Assembly: GCA_046563655.1 (NCBI GenBank)
Contig: CM102285.1
Coordinates: forward strand, 4,836,001 to 4,900,000
Direction of reading: 5' to 3'
Length of the DNA: 64,000 nt
Source: Yuukianura sp. NJ FZ-2021
Lineage: Eukaryota
The stretch's first letter is position 1; the number at the start of each line of letters is the position of its first letter. Positions 13,001-25,877 of the stretch are shown here, in pieces. The position numbers and the translations under genes are program-made. The notes beneath the pieces are model-generated. The model saw only the letters and a program-made list of their open reading frames with translations. It made no database searches and had not been told where the DNA came from.

Positions 13001-16000
13001 TACAAGTAATCTCCCGGTGATTGTAATTTCCCGCGCCGAAGGCGCGATGTTAGGTTTTTAAATTCTCGAAATAATGATTACGTCTGTGATTCCATGTAAT
13101 TTGGTCAAAAGTGAAAAGGTCAAACGTGAAAACGTCAAAAGTGAAGAGGTCAAAAGTGAAAAGGTCAAAAAGTGAAAACGTCAAAAGTGAAATGATCAAA
13201 GCCTAAAAAGATCAAAGAATGAAAAGGTCAAAAAATGAAAAGATCAAAATATCAAAATGACTGTTAAGTTAAAGTTTAAATCGCTCCAATGTCCAGGTCA
13301 ATAATCGTTTAAAAATAAGATAAGCCCCTCCTTCAAAAAATTTAAATTTAGTCAAAAAACCTTATTCGTAATCCTAACCTAAGTTAACTTAACGCACTTT
13401 CCCAATTTGCATAAGGTTATCAACGCTACCCTAAAACTTTGGCATTGAAAACACTAATAACTACAGTAAACCTAATAACCTAACGCCGCGCCTTCGGCGC
13501 GGGATGATTTGAAGAAGATATGGAACCAATTTAACTTTAAACTCAATCAAGAATTTCCGTCAATTTGACATTTTGATCTTTTCACTTTTTGAGCTTTTCA
13601 CTCAGTGATCTTTTTAGGCTTTGATCATTTCATTCTTGACGTTTTCACCTTTTGAGCTTTCCACTTTTCACGTTTTCGTGTTTGATCTATTCAGTTTTGG
13701 CAAAATTTTTTGACCAAATTACCTGCTACGACGTCTGTAGGTTATGTTGTATAAGTCTTGCAATGGAGATTATGTTTACGATTGTAGATGAGGGTCGATC
13801 AGCGAATCAAAGAAGCGCTGAAATTCAAACGGGTGGCTACAATAAGTGGTGACAATACGGGAGCTCAGGTTTACCTCAACAACCCGCCACTGTCAAATCA
13901 ACAATAAAGGGAGCGATTTGTTGCTTTTTTGAATTTGCCGCCAAGGATTATAACAGGGGGGTAGAATACAATGCAATTCGGGGTGAACAACGGATAGAGT
14001 CATAGTTTACTTCAACCATTTTGATCGTAGTCAATGATGAGGATGACTGCGCTTAAAAGAATGTATATGCTGAAAATATTTGTAAATGTGACAATACCTC
14101 CAGGCGGTAGGCATGCCGGTGGGTACATGGAAGAACGATAGTTCGTTGGGGGGAGAATGATAGGCTGTCCAGTAACATTGGCCACCATTAATGATGAGTT
14201 GCAGCTCACAGCACCGTACATCTCCTGCCTAGACAAAACAGAATGCATCAATATTTCAATTTATTTCAAAGACAGATTGCAATTTCTTAAAACAGAATAG
14301 TTTTGTATGCTTCTCTAGTGCGAGTGAGGCGTACACAGAAAGGTATGGAGTTGTAGGATGATTAGGCTGATGCAGCGATTGTATTTCCGATCTTGGCAGA
14401 TTTGACAATCCCTTTTTATCTATGGCGCTAGGTGTTGACACAGCTGACATGGGGGACGTAATGGGGCGTGGTTCGGAATTCTTTAAGAAGGGATGTGCCG
14501 GTCTTAGGTGCTCCTCTGTTCGGTAATATGGTTGTGGGACCCCTGAGTCGTAGCGCATTACATGGGTGAGAAGAGGCAAGTGCGGGTAATGTTGTGGCAA
14601 AGTCGTGTGAGTTAAGTAGTTAGAGGAGTACTGCTGATGTGGCATTTGTTGATACAAATTTAAGCCAGGCCCAGCTTGAGCAATTTGGCCCGGGAAGTTT
14701 CCACTCGACGTTGATATTTCATCTCGACCTTGCGGATAAAACCACACTGTTACACAAAAATTAATAGTCATAGGACGTATTTGGCTCTCGTATTGTATAA
14801 GACACCTGTTCTAACTTACTGTTATTATTATAATAAGTACCCTATCGACTATTTGAATTGCCTTATTATAATAGTACCCTATCAAACTATTTGAATTGCC
14901 TTATTATAATAGTACCTTATCGAACTATTTGAATTGCCTTATATTCTCTCGCCGATAGCTTTTCCTTAACTCTCTGATCGGCGCTTTTTGCACCTGCAAC
15001 GCAACTCGTAAACATGGTTACCTCCTAAAGTCGCTGAGATGCCGTGAGTGGAAGGCGCGAAAATTACCGGCAAAGTACTAATAAAAACTTCCGAATTGAG
15101 AAATCATATTCGAGATTGTTGCAGGCAATGATAATTTTTTAAGTATTAAATTAAATTCGAGATCATGAGAGTTACCGCTAAAACACGAAATCAAATTCTA
15201 ATGTTGAATGAAACATTTGGCACGATATTCAATTTGAGCCGGGTTAGCGGGCCAAGTGACATCTAAAAAAATATATAGCGCCAAAAATTAAATAAAAATA
15301 ACTCAAAAACCAATTTAGATTTTGAAACCGTTAAAAGGGTCCCGAACACAGTTCATCTCTCTCATGGGTTAAAACGACCCCGGCCTATAAACGGGATACC
15401 CACATAGTATACGTGAAAACCGATACACAAAATGTATGTGTAAATATGTAACGCGATTGTCTTCAAAAACACAAGTACGCTCAAAATTCCAAAACTAAAA
15501 AATGTTCTTGATGTCGATGTCACTACTGGTTACCCTTTAAGTTAAAGGGTAACCAGTTGCAAGTTAAAGTGCCTTTAAATTTACAACTTATTTTAGTGAC
15601 CAGGTGAGTCTAAGAGAGTCTCGAACAGAGTTGATTTTAACCATACAATACTGTAACGTTTCATAATTACCTAGTTGATTTGAGAGTGCATGTTCATGTT
15701 GTCGAGATGGGATGAGAGGATTACTTCCAAACGAGTACAGAAATGCATCGGAGTGGAGGCTGGGAAAATTTGTTGCGAAGGCTACATCCTCGTTTTGAGA
15801 GTTGGCTGGAAAACCTGGAATCGGTGGTACTGTCGCTCCCGGGCCAAGTGTTAGAAATTCAAATAAATGACGCTGTGCTTCACTTGCCTCCGGTTCTTTG
15901 AAAAGGATATTGTACAGAGTTCTCCGATCAGTTTGTGTACCAGCGAACCAGTCCAAGTAATGAACGCACTGCAAAGACAAGAATAAGATCAAAAATGTGT

Positions 16001-17604
16001 TACGTCGGGAAAGAATTGGGGGTCGGTAACTTGGTGGAGACTGAGTTGTTTCTTAACCCGCTTAACTTGTACGCTGTACAAGTTAAGCAGGTTACAATGA
16101 TTAGATTACTACATATTACAAAGTCATACAAGTGGAACCTGAGGAAAATTCCAGCATTTCCAAAATTCGATAGTAGAGAAAGAGGTTACCGGTTAGGTAC
16201 CGGTTATTACCGACAAATAATCCGAGTTATTAAATTAGTAGAACTAGGGTGATTTTTTCGATAGTTGAAACTAATTTCTATTGTGTGACTCATCCATTGC
16301 ATCAAAACAAAACTCGTTCAAAAAATACGTGTTTTTCAAAAATACGCAAATGCTTCAAAAATTAATTTTACAGATTACAAAAAGAATATTTAAAAACATT
16401 CAAATTTAAAACTTCAGGGTGGGCAGTCCTTGCAATTTTTATAAAATTTTAGAAACTATGAGAGATTTGTTGTAAAGTAGCAATATTTATTTTGTAAACT
16501 TGCCCTCAAACACAAAACAAGCACTTGGACGCTCTAGTGTATAACAATCATAAATCTAAAAATTATTGAGTTATGATTATTAAGTAGCGAAAGCATGAGC
16601 TACTTTATGTTTTTCCCCGAGTCTGTCTGTCTGTCTGTCTGTCCGTCTGTCTGTCCGTCTGCTGGTCAACCTAGCTCTGGAACCGCTGGACCGATCTTCA
16701 ATCTGTCTTTACAGATGAGCTTGACATGGTCTGGGGGTGAACAATCGGTGACCCGTTTGACCGGAAGTAGACCCCTTAAGGGTCAAAGGTCAAGGTCAAA
16801 TACATTTTTGACAGAAATCGAGAAAATGACCTCTACAAAAGTTGTTCATCTCATCGAACTGAACAACTTTGATATAGGTGACCTTGACCTTTGACCTGGG
16901 GTTCTGGAGATATAGACCTTAGAAGTTGCATAATGGGGTCGTTCTTGCTATTCGCGTCTATAACTCCAGAACCACTGGAGCGATTTTCAATCTGTCTTCA
17001 CATTTCTACTTCACATATTCCAGGGGTGTCTAATCAGTATCCAGCTTGACCGGATGTTGTCCAGGTCCGGGTCAAAGGTCAAGGTCAAGTACTTATTTGA
17101 CGGAATCAAATAATGACCTCTACAAAAGTTGTTCATCTCATTGTGGTGAACAACTTTTGTTAAGGTGACCTTGACCTTTGACCTACGGTTAAAGAGATAC
17201 TGACAATTTAAGTTTCGAAATGGCGCCCCTCGTCCTACTCAGGAAAGTATGACCTACTTTGTGTTTTCCTCCGAGTCTGTCTGTCTGTCTGTCTGTCTGT
17301 CGGCCTGTCTGTCTGTCTGCACTAGAACTAACTATACTCTCGACACCATTGGACCGATTTGCAATCTGGCTTGCAAATCAGTTTATCATAGCCTGGGGGT
17401 GATTAATGCGGCTCCGGTTTGACCGGAAGTCGACAATTTCCGGGTTGTCACTAGCTTCCTTTCGCTACTTACGTACGGCGTTTACAACGGTTTATTTATC
17501 TATGTAATGTTATTCATCTCAGCCAGGGGTCCAACCTTATTATTATTGGATCCATTAGTTAGTAACATTTCGCAATCGTTCAAAAAAAGGCAAAATTTCC
17601 CCAT
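7097..17604 (-). CDS. USP10: Ubiquitin carboxyl-terminal hydrolase 10 (multi-exon)
   Basis: Phase-consistent GT-AG exons: ~17536-17604 (tentative start), 15671-15968, ~14334-14728, ~14098-14228, ~14011-14052, 11401-12327 (Cys box GLVNQSNFCYINATLQ), 10786-10883, 10174-10405 (GRQEDAEEFL), 8753-9049 (LQPFFTLQLDIQ), 8369-8603 (LPVILVIHLKRFVY), 7440-7508, 7097-7308 (His box YHDGEETHKGHY...WIRYDD...PYLLYYRR). These blocks are typical of USP10/Ubp3. Confidence 0.92.
7674..8339. mobile_element. Variable-arm foldback MITE, copy A (GGTCG/GATCG arms)
   Basis: Termini CGTAGCAGGTAAT...ATTACATGGAATC; core hairpin 8092-8106; degenerate TSD GCGGACAA/GCGACAA. Confidence 0.75.
9600..10120. repeat. Degenerate ~27-30-bp minisatellite in a USP10 intron
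   Basis: Repeated AAAA...GG(T)AGTTGT(G/A)CA(A) units. Confidence 0.6.
12585..12866 (+). mobile_element. Truncated copy of the hAT-like element at 51758-52773
   Basis: CATAGAGTTG...AGTGGACATTTGGCATTTTTAAACA...AAAACCGATTTCA shared with 51758-51910. Confidence 0.7.
13088..13730. mobile_element. Variable-arm foldback MITE, copy B (GGTCAAAAGTGAAAA arms), nested in the core of an older family member
   Basis: Termini GATTCCATGTAAT...ATTACCTGCTACG; perfect 8-bp TSD ACGTCTGT (13080-13087/13731-13738); core hairpin 13487-13501. Confidence 0.85.
14828..14943. repeat. ~38-bp tandem repeat, 3 copies
   Basis: ATAATAGTACCCTATC(G/A)AACTATTTGAATTGCCTTATT repeated. Confidence 0.85.
16581..17495 (+). mobile_element. 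Near-complete DINE-1/HINE-like Helentron derivative
   Basis: Sub-terminal inverted repeat TAAGTAGCGAAA (16581) / TTTCGCTACTTA (~17460), 5' short inverted repeat AAGTAGC...GCTACTT, (GTCT)n microsatellite, ~300-bp internal duplication, T-rich flanks, no TSD. Confidence 0.75.
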
Positions 17605-17939
17605 CCTACTTGTAACTATGCATGCAGGTAACTTGTGCGTTGTGAATACTGCGAGCAGCATTGAGCTGCTGCTGTACGACTGGGAGATTCAGATATTACA
17701 GTGCTTACCGAGGGTTGCAAACCGCTGTTTTGCATCCGCGCCATTTTGGAATTGTGTATTTACTCCGAATCGCTGAAGTTCGGTGTTTTCGGTATATAAC
17801 ACTTTACCGCCAGAGCTTTTACTCGCTTGGAAGTGGTACTGTCCTAAGCCTGCGTAACACAAACGTCAATCAGTAAGTGAACTTAGTTAAGTAGAAGATA
17901 GCAGACTTTACTTAGCGTTTACAAAGAACGTAAAACATG

Positions 17940-18262
17940 GGCTGGAGTAAGGTTGATGGTGCCAATTGTAACACCCTATTGTAACACCGCGTTGTAACAC
18001 CCCGTTGTAACACCCTATTGGCACCTGGCCTGACCTAACATACAACACAACTACGTAACCTACAGACGTATCACTATTTCGAGACTTTAAAAAACCTAAC
18101 ATCGCGCCTTCGGCGCTAGGAACTACAAACACCTGAGATTACCTGTTGTACCGAACTTGTCCTACAAGTTCCAGTCTGAAACAGCGGGGTGTTACAGTGG
18201 GGTGTTACAATGGGGTGTTACAATGGGGTGTTACAATTGGCACCATCAACCTTACTCCTACC
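17940..18262. mobile_element. Variable-arm foldback MITE, copy E (TTGTAACACCC arms)
   Basis: TIR GGAGTAAGGTTGATGGTGCCAATTGTAACACC; perfect 9-bp TSD TAAAACATG (17931-17939/18263-18271); core hairpin 18103-18116. Confidence 0.88.
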
Positions 18263-18687
18263 TAAAACATGAAACCAGTCTATAACAAACTTGACTAAAG
18301 CCTTTCTTTTCAATTACAGGCAAAGAGATAGGAGAAATATATACCGATACCGCACTGTCGTGTTTGGCCGACATGTTAGTCCAGGTTTACCGTCTTACTC
18401 CAGTACTCCGTGTTCCGAATATTATTGCTGCTTCAAGAAGGGGAACACGACTACCTATTTCCGTTACCCTATTGAAATAAATGGATCCGAGTGTTAACTT
18501 AATGATTTAGCAATCCAAAAGCAACATCGAATAATCCAGAACAGCACAGTTAAATAATTGATTAACATATGGTAGTGGTCCCCCTATTCCGCTGATTTAG
18601 CGGATCATCTAACTTTGCGAGTTGCCTCGGATCCATTTCGCCATGCATGAGAGAGGAGAAATTGCTCTTGGTACTATCACTCCTGTG

Positions 18688-18993
18688 CATTGTTTGGATC
18701 GCCGAGCCAAGCGAGCCGAACCAACAGAAACGGCAGCGATCCGCGATCCGATCCGAGCCAGTAAATTGTTGTCGCGATCCGAACCGAGCCGAGCCAAAAA
18801 TCAAAGTCAGTGATCCGCGATCCGATCCGGGCCAGAAAATTTTTGTGGCAATCCCAACCGACCCGAGCCAAGGGGGAAAGTCAGGGATCCACGATCCGAA
18901 CCAAGTCAGCAAAAGTTAGCCAAAACCAGCCAAAAAGCAGCTGCTTGGATCGCTGGCTCGCTAAAATCCGCTGTTGGTTCGGCGATCCAATGA
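18688..18993. mobile_element. Degenerate hAT-like MITE with GATCCG/CCGAGCC subterminal motifs
   Basis: TTGGATCGCCGA ... TCGGCGATCCAA inverted ends; no clean TSD. Confidence 0.55.
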
Positions 18994-19345
18994 ACAAAAA
19001 GCATGAGGGGAGACCAATTGCTTTAAAATTCAAGTACGCAACCAATAAAACAATACAAAATAACAGAAGTAGTGAGTTATAACTTAAAATAGGCAATTAA
19101 TTATACCTTGTGCGCCAGCGAAAAGAGTATACCCCAATTCTGTTTCCATAGAAACGAGTTGAAAATTATGTAAACATGCGGGGAAGGTTAACTCAAAAGT
19201 TTGAAACTTTAGCTACCCACTTTGATGGAATTCTTGCAAATCGCGTTATTCCACTTGTTTTCCCTCTACTAATTATAATAAATATACGAAAAATAGACTA
19301 ATAGTCCATTGCTTATTAGACTATTAGTCCATTGCTTGCATTAAA

Positions 19346-19939
19346 TAGTGATGCCGCGATGTATCGGCCTGCCGATATATCGGCTGCCGATTTTGCAATT
19401 TGCGAAATATCGCATCGCATCGGTATCGGTGTTTCCGGAAATTAAAATCGCCGATATTTTCCGATATTTTCCAGATTTTTTTCTTTCAAATTTGTCTGAT
19501 TTTCGAACGAAATTTAAGTGAACGGAAGCCGAAATTTTATTTATTTTACGCTAGTTAACCAAAGAAGTGCCAGTGTTTTTTCCAGGGACAAAAATCTGGC
19601 ACTCCATACTCTCCCCTTCCGCCCCGCCGCCATGGCAGTCGTTAAGACTGGTGGCCCTTTTCATCAATACACTATTTCTCCTCCACGTCTTGCAGTGTAT
19701 TTCTCAGTTTATGGAAGACAGAACCAGAACTACAACTTCTGGATACATAGCCGAATGAATGTATAATATAATCAGATTTCAGGATGCTTTTTTGTTTGCT
19801 TTGCGGTGATTCTAATGCGTATACGCGTATCGGCTGAATATCGGCCGATATATCGGCTCGAATCGGTATCGGCGATATTGAACTTGTTAAAAATCGGCCG
19901 ATGCCGATATTGCCAAAATCCAATATCGCGGCATCACTA
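19346..19939. mobile_element. hAT-type MITE
   Basis: TIR TAGTGATGCCGCGAT; perfect 8-bp TSD GCATTAAA; subterminal ATCGG/CCGAT motifs. Confidence 0.9.
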
Positions 19940-20925
19940 GCATTAAATGTATTTAATGTAAACTAGTATACTAGTGTAATCCCAGTGTTACATTATGCTT
20001 AAACATCCAGTGGCTTAATTGTCACTTCCACTGGATACTCACTAAAAGAAATGCACCTGAAATGGATAAAACTTTTACTGGATGGAAGAAATGAAGAATT
20101 TAGCGCAAATTTCAAAAAAATTCAAATTTAAATTTACAGAAATATCAATGGAGTTTCTTTCATCGCTAAAATTGATTATTTATTAAAAACTCATACATTG
20201 AATTGTTTAAGCTTTGAATTGTTTAAGCTTGAATTTACATGAGGGGTGCCGACTGTCACTTCTCGGACTGTAATAACCTAGTCGTTATTTGTATTAATAT
20301 GTTTTACCAAAAAATATAATCTCAAATTAGTGGAGTCTGTGACTTTTCACATGCGATTGTTAAAAATCTGAGGAGTCGAACAAAAGAATAAGATAAATCA
20401 AGCTTCACTTATGCACGCTCGCACACCCGTCATACACAATCCAAGGAGTCCTAGGAGATCCGGCCTTTAGCCAGACTCTAAATTTATGAGCTACTATTTT
20501 CTGTACTGACTGACTGGCATTCTGGAAATTGTTGTTGGTGGTAACAAACAATGACAAGTTCGCATACTATGGAGGGAAAACTGTGACAAAATTGCACAGC
20601 AGTGGACATATTACTTTGTTACCGCACTTTGACCGGAGTTATGCTGTATGTCCGTGTTGAATATGGTTACTATACCATACCCTGACATTTCTAACAAGAC
20701 AATTCTTACTTTATTGTTATAAATCACGTAAACACGCGCATCCATTTTTCTTATATTTTTTAGCTTAGCAGGAGTACGACTAACGTTTCAAACTGTAAAC
20801 AATGAAATTCGACGCAGTTGAGGTCAACAAGCTTTAGTAATTGCTGTCGATGGACTAATAACATCCAAGTTACACAGAAGTTCCTCAAACACACAACTTC
20901 GAGCTGATAAAAATACATCGTTATA

Positions 20926-23900
20926 CTAACAATTAGATTCTGGATGGTGCGAAGGATCAAGTGTGGCCTGCTGTCCATGAGAAATCCAAATTGGGACATT
21001 ACAACCGCCCTGAACATGATGCGAATGGCTGCCAATGAAAGCGGTGGGGCCTCCCGCTGAGTCGATTGCCAAAACTTCGCCAAGACTTGAGCCAGCGTTC
21101 GCCAAGTAGGTAGGTAGACTACCGATATGATGACGACCTTGTCCGAAGTGCTCCCCGTCTTTCTCTACGCGGGGTGGGCGACTTATAGAAGACAAGGAGG
21201 CGTTGGATCCGTCCTCGTCGCTTCCCGGCCTCTGCTGTGCCCTCTCTCTCCCCGCCTTCTTACTTAAATGTGCTGTGCTTTGAGATCGCGTTGGTGCATC
21301 TGGATGACAATGGAATTTCTGGTGTTGGTAAATATTGCGCGCCGTTCTGAAGGCTTTTCCACACTACAATAAAGATAACAATTATGAATTTGTAAAGTCA
21401 ATCTTAAACTCATCCAGAAACAAATAGGAGAGCAAAAATAAATAAGTAATCGACAAACGTCTGTCCTGATGACAACGAAAATGCCAATTACTCAGGTGAT
21501 CAGGAACGTAAATATAAATAAAGAAGCAATATGTGGTTCGAATTCCACCACCATTTCACAAACTACGAACATAAGATTAAAGCTGGTTAAAATAATTTCA
21601 CCTTGTCACAAATGTAAGTTTTCATTTCGACGTGTGTCTCTTCATGAGCTTTTAGCTTGGATGATTGGTTAAAACCTTTCGGGCAAATCTTACATTTCCA
21701 CGGTCGTTCACCCTGAAAATTCAAAAAAATCGAAAAAAAATTACACCTCCAAAAAGACACACTATGTGTATGAATACAACATATTTATTATTGCCGTTCT
21801 TAAAGAACGGTAGTAATAAAAGAGAAACTGCTTTTTTTGAAATTAGATGGTTGGTTACTGCACTTTGCGCAGGTCTAATATGTATTTAATACATATCCCG
21901 AATTTATAATTTATAGAATTAAAAAAATTTTCAAATGTTATTATTTTATATCAATATAGTATTTATTTTAAAAATAATATTGATAGAATTAGGGGTGTTT
22001 CACTTACTGTGTGTAACATAGTGTGGATCCTTAGGTTACTTTTGCTCTTGAAAGTCATTCCACCTTTTTACATAAACATAATTGAGTTAAGTTCTCTCAT
22101 TGCACTAATAGAGAGGTCCAGATTTCAAACTGATTCTGACTCTAGTAGAATCTAAATCATGGTAAAATGTTGCCTAGTTTCAATTTTTTCTGATTCTGAC
22201 TGTAGTTCATCCCGGGAAATTCAAAATTTGAAAGTAACTAACTGAAGCACAACCAGAATCAGTTCCGGAGTTATGTTTTTAGAAAGAGTGAAATTGATTC
22301 TAGAAAATATTGTACCCGCCCCTTTTGAGCCTAGAATCAGGTTTTAGAATAAGAATCACCAAATCTGGACCTCTCTAAACAATCGGAAATTCTTGAAATA
22401 CAACACTCGCACTCACATTCTGCACATAGGAAAGGACGAGGTTTACTATGTTGCTTAAAGTGAGCTCGGTATTCCGCTCTGCTATCACAGCTCTGTCCAC
22501 AATCGCTGCATGTCCAATTGGATCCGGAGGCTTGGCCAACATGAGCACGTTTGTTGTGGCGTCGTAAGATTTTCACAGATTTAAATACCTGTAGAAGCAG
22601 GAAATATAGACATTATTACTTGACGCGAGCACTCGATGTATGGAAATGAGTCAAGGCGGAATTCAGCAAGTTCAGTACCTTCTTACAAATATCGCATTCC
22701 GGACCTTCCACGATTGGATTGTGCATGCTCTTGACGTGTATTTGTAAAGCCATGGTGTTTGTAAATACCTTTGACTTGCAAAGGACACAATCATAGGGTA
22801 GTTTTTCTAATATCTTGATCTCGTGTAACTTCTCGTGTTCCAACAAAGCTTCATCTTTACCAACAACAAGCGAGCAAAAAGAACATCGTTGTTGGTCAGA
22901 TATCTTATTGTTAACTGGTGCCGGCCTCTTGTGGGCATCCTCGCGATGAGCCTTCAAAGCAACTTTATCCGTAAAACTTCTCTGGCATTTTCCACAATGG
23001 GCCCGCTTTTTAGACTCCAGTATATGTTTCCGTTGATGAAATCCGTAGCTGCTCATGTTTCCAAACTTTTCGCCACACTCGCACTGGTAAGGTAACTCGT
23101 CATGCTCTATTTGAAAGAAGAACAAGATTACAACAATCATATAAACCTGACATGACTAGCACATAATCTTCATTTTTTCGTTATACGATAAACTGGTCCA
23201 TGTTTTGCCACAACTTTGACGCTAAATTAAATCTTAAATATACGGCAAATCATTCCTTACCATGTCGTGACCGAATATGAACATCTAGCCATGCCTTCTG
23301 GTAGCTTGAAAATGTACAACCAGGAACACTGCACACAATTTTCTGTCGAGGTTTACTCTTCTTTAAGGGAAGGCCGCTCAAGGGTGCTGAATTCTTCCTA
23401 TCTATTTGGCTGGGATTCGTTCCAAAATAGTTGACTCCAGATGATTCGGGAAGTTGCAACTCTTCAATATCATTATCGCTGTTGTACTTGTAACTTGAGT
23501 TTGAAAGGGGGTGAAGTATATCTGATGAGTAAATAAAAGGAACGGGGTTAAAAATGCTACGAATAGCTCCTGTGCCGCATTAGCAGTGAGTTACTAATCT
23601 AAGGTTACTTAGGTTACTAACCTAACCTAACCTAGCTAATAAAGTCGCTAAAGGCTCAGAACAAGCTGGAAAATATTATTGACAATGACAACTCGAATAA
23701 ATTTACAGCGTAAACCTATTTCCAAAACCCGGTGCTAAAACGAGTAGAAATTCCCGTAGCAACCCTAACCAAAAAGGCCAAAAAAACCAAAAACAAAAAG
23801 CGCCTTCAGTTCGAATTAAAACCGCCTTTATTTGGTTTCATTCAATTAAGTGACTATAGGTTCCCGCGCCGAAGGCGCGGTGTTAGGTTTGGTTAAAGTT

Positions 23901-25877
23901 CGCAATACTGATTACGTCTCAAGGTTTTAGGTTATGTTAGGTTAGATATCCGAATCTAATATGTTAGGTTAGGTTTTTTAAAATTCGCAATGCTAATTAC
24001 GTCTCAAGTGTTTCTCGTCATCTTTAGTTAGGATTTTGTCACTTTTTTAAATTGGAGCTGGAGGCGCTTTTTGCCTGGAGGCGCTTTTTGGTTAGGCGCT
24101 TTTGGATATGGGCGCTTTTTGGGTGGAAACGCGTTTTGGATGGAGGCGTTTATTTTTTAGGCTCTTATTGAGAGGCGCTTATTGGAGAGGCGCTTTTTGG
24201 TTAGGCGCTTATGACCTGCAACCGAAATTCCGATCTTTTATAACTTTTGGTTTGCTAAGTATGGTTAGATTTAGTCTATCCTTCAGATTGACCTTTAGGT
24301 CATCGACGCGGAGACAGGGGTATTAAAATATAGGAAACAATTTGTCCTCATGGTAAATTTCGGCGGCAAAAAAAATACCTACCTCTACCTACCCCGAATT
24401 TAAAGAAAAGAATATTTTCCCAAAAATTTTGATTTCCCCGATGAATCCGAGATTGGGGAAAAAGAAAGTAGTAATTAGTATTTCTCTAAAATAAATATTT
24501 GTCTCCGGTCCAATGATGGTACTATGTAAGAATATTCGTAGCAGAAAAACATATCAATTCATACATGTAAAGTAGGGTAAAATCCTATTTTGCTTGTTAT
24601 ACCTCATACAGGTTTAAAAATCAATTTTACCTTCATCTCTCTGGCCCGTGTCGTAGGAAGCAACAATATCATCGGACTCGTCTTCTTCCGCCCATTCTCT
24701 TTGCAGGCTTAACGAGGTACAATTTCTTCCGTATTTGGATCTGTACTTGACCACTACTTGTTTTTCCACAAACTCTTCGTTAAGGGAGCTGTGCAGTCGC
24801 TGACGCTTCAATGTTCGGTATCGGTTACTCTTCGGCGATGCACAAGATAAACCACTCTTCCTTTTATGGTTGAAGGATGACTTTGTTTTTTCATTAAAAA
24901 TGGCCCCATAGAGGTTGCGAATATTGTTATCATCATCTTCATACTGCTTTGTGTCTTTGCAGTTTGTAAGAAGGTACTTCTTTCGAAGTAAATTTTCGTA
25001 AGAGTGACGGTATGACGACAACAAAGTACGGAGTCGGTTAATAGCGCGTTGAGTAAAATCAATATTTTGTATTAGTTGAAGGCAGGCGTGACAGTAGCTT
25101 CCAACCTTAAAACGTTGACTGTAGGATTGCTCTAGAGAAAATACTTGACAGAGAGATTCTCCACATTGTGTCTGCCAGGCTGGTGAGAACGAACATCGTC
25201 GTCCCACCATTTCGGTTTGTCTATCACACAGGAAGCATGACGTACTTGTGAATCTGTATAAGAAGTCAAGTATAAATGGTAGAATTGAAAGAAATTAATC
25301 TTTAGGTCAACCCTTTTAAGTCAACCAGCACGTACTCTCCGTTCCGTTTGCTGGAATGTTCCGCATCCCGTTCTCTTGGACTATCCAATTCAAATTCGGG
25401 TGTTGTAGGTGGTTGAATGATGCTCTTTTTAATGTCATATTCTTCAAATACGCTTAACGGCGGGGTATGGATATGTGGACGCATTCCGTCGCCTGTGCAT
25501 ATCAGTAAAATTTTTATATTAAAACCTGATCCCCTAAACTCTGTATTACGTTTCGCGGTTAAAAAAAATTCTTTTACATTAAACTGTTCTTCATGCCCGG
25601 CGTTTTACTGTCAAGTTACTGAAAGACCTTTGGTCCGGCGCAATTAGGCACAGCAGTTATCAACGTTTGGGTTTTACAAACTATGTGTTGTGATGTATTA
25701 CCTTTATTCAATGGCGCGTCGCAAAATTCGAGGATGCCATCATGACTACGTTTCAGATGTTCATAAAGAGAGTCAATGTGTGGTTCGTAATGGTTAAGAC
25801 ACAGGCGACATTGAGCTTGGTTATTTTGGCAGTCAAAGTACTTCCGCATCCAATCTTGACTCATTTCTATGGAACCT
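20926..25877 (-). CDS. Zinc-finger transcription factor: BED-like finger + ZAD (zf-AD) + C2H2 array (multi-exon)
   Basis: Phase-consistent exons: ~25701-25877 ([19 protein letters not shown]), ~25335-25492, ~24631-25253 (CFLC...CHAC..I), ~23260-23521, ~22679-23106, ~22417-22588, ~22008-22063 ([18 protein letters not shown]), ~21602-21712 ([14 protein letters not shown]), 20926-~21364 (CGKAF..HQKFH...stop). Start uncertain; may continue into upstream BED exons. Confidence 0.85.
22109..22377. mobile_element. Small TIR MITE in ZNF intron
   Basis: 17-bp TIR TAGAGAGGTCCAGATTT / AAATCTGGACCTCTCTA; internal GATTCTG/AGAATC motifs; no TSD recognised. Confidence 0.7.
23755..24223. mobile_element. Variable-arm foldback MITE, copy D (GGCGCTTTTT arms)
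   Basis: Starts CGTAGCA, ends ATGACCTGCAACC; perfect 8-bp TSD GAAATTCC (23747-23754/24224-24231); core hairpin 23865-23879. Confidence 0.8.

Noticed and set aside
14256..15992. FGDF (G3BP-binding) or PAM2 motifs in the USP10 N-terminus
   Set aside because: No convincing match seen, and the 5' exon model is too tentative to claim a loss.
19560..19700. hAT dimerisation-domain remnant inside the MITE
   Set aside because: Resemblance (LA..L..PA...TGG...RL) is too weak to call without a profile search.
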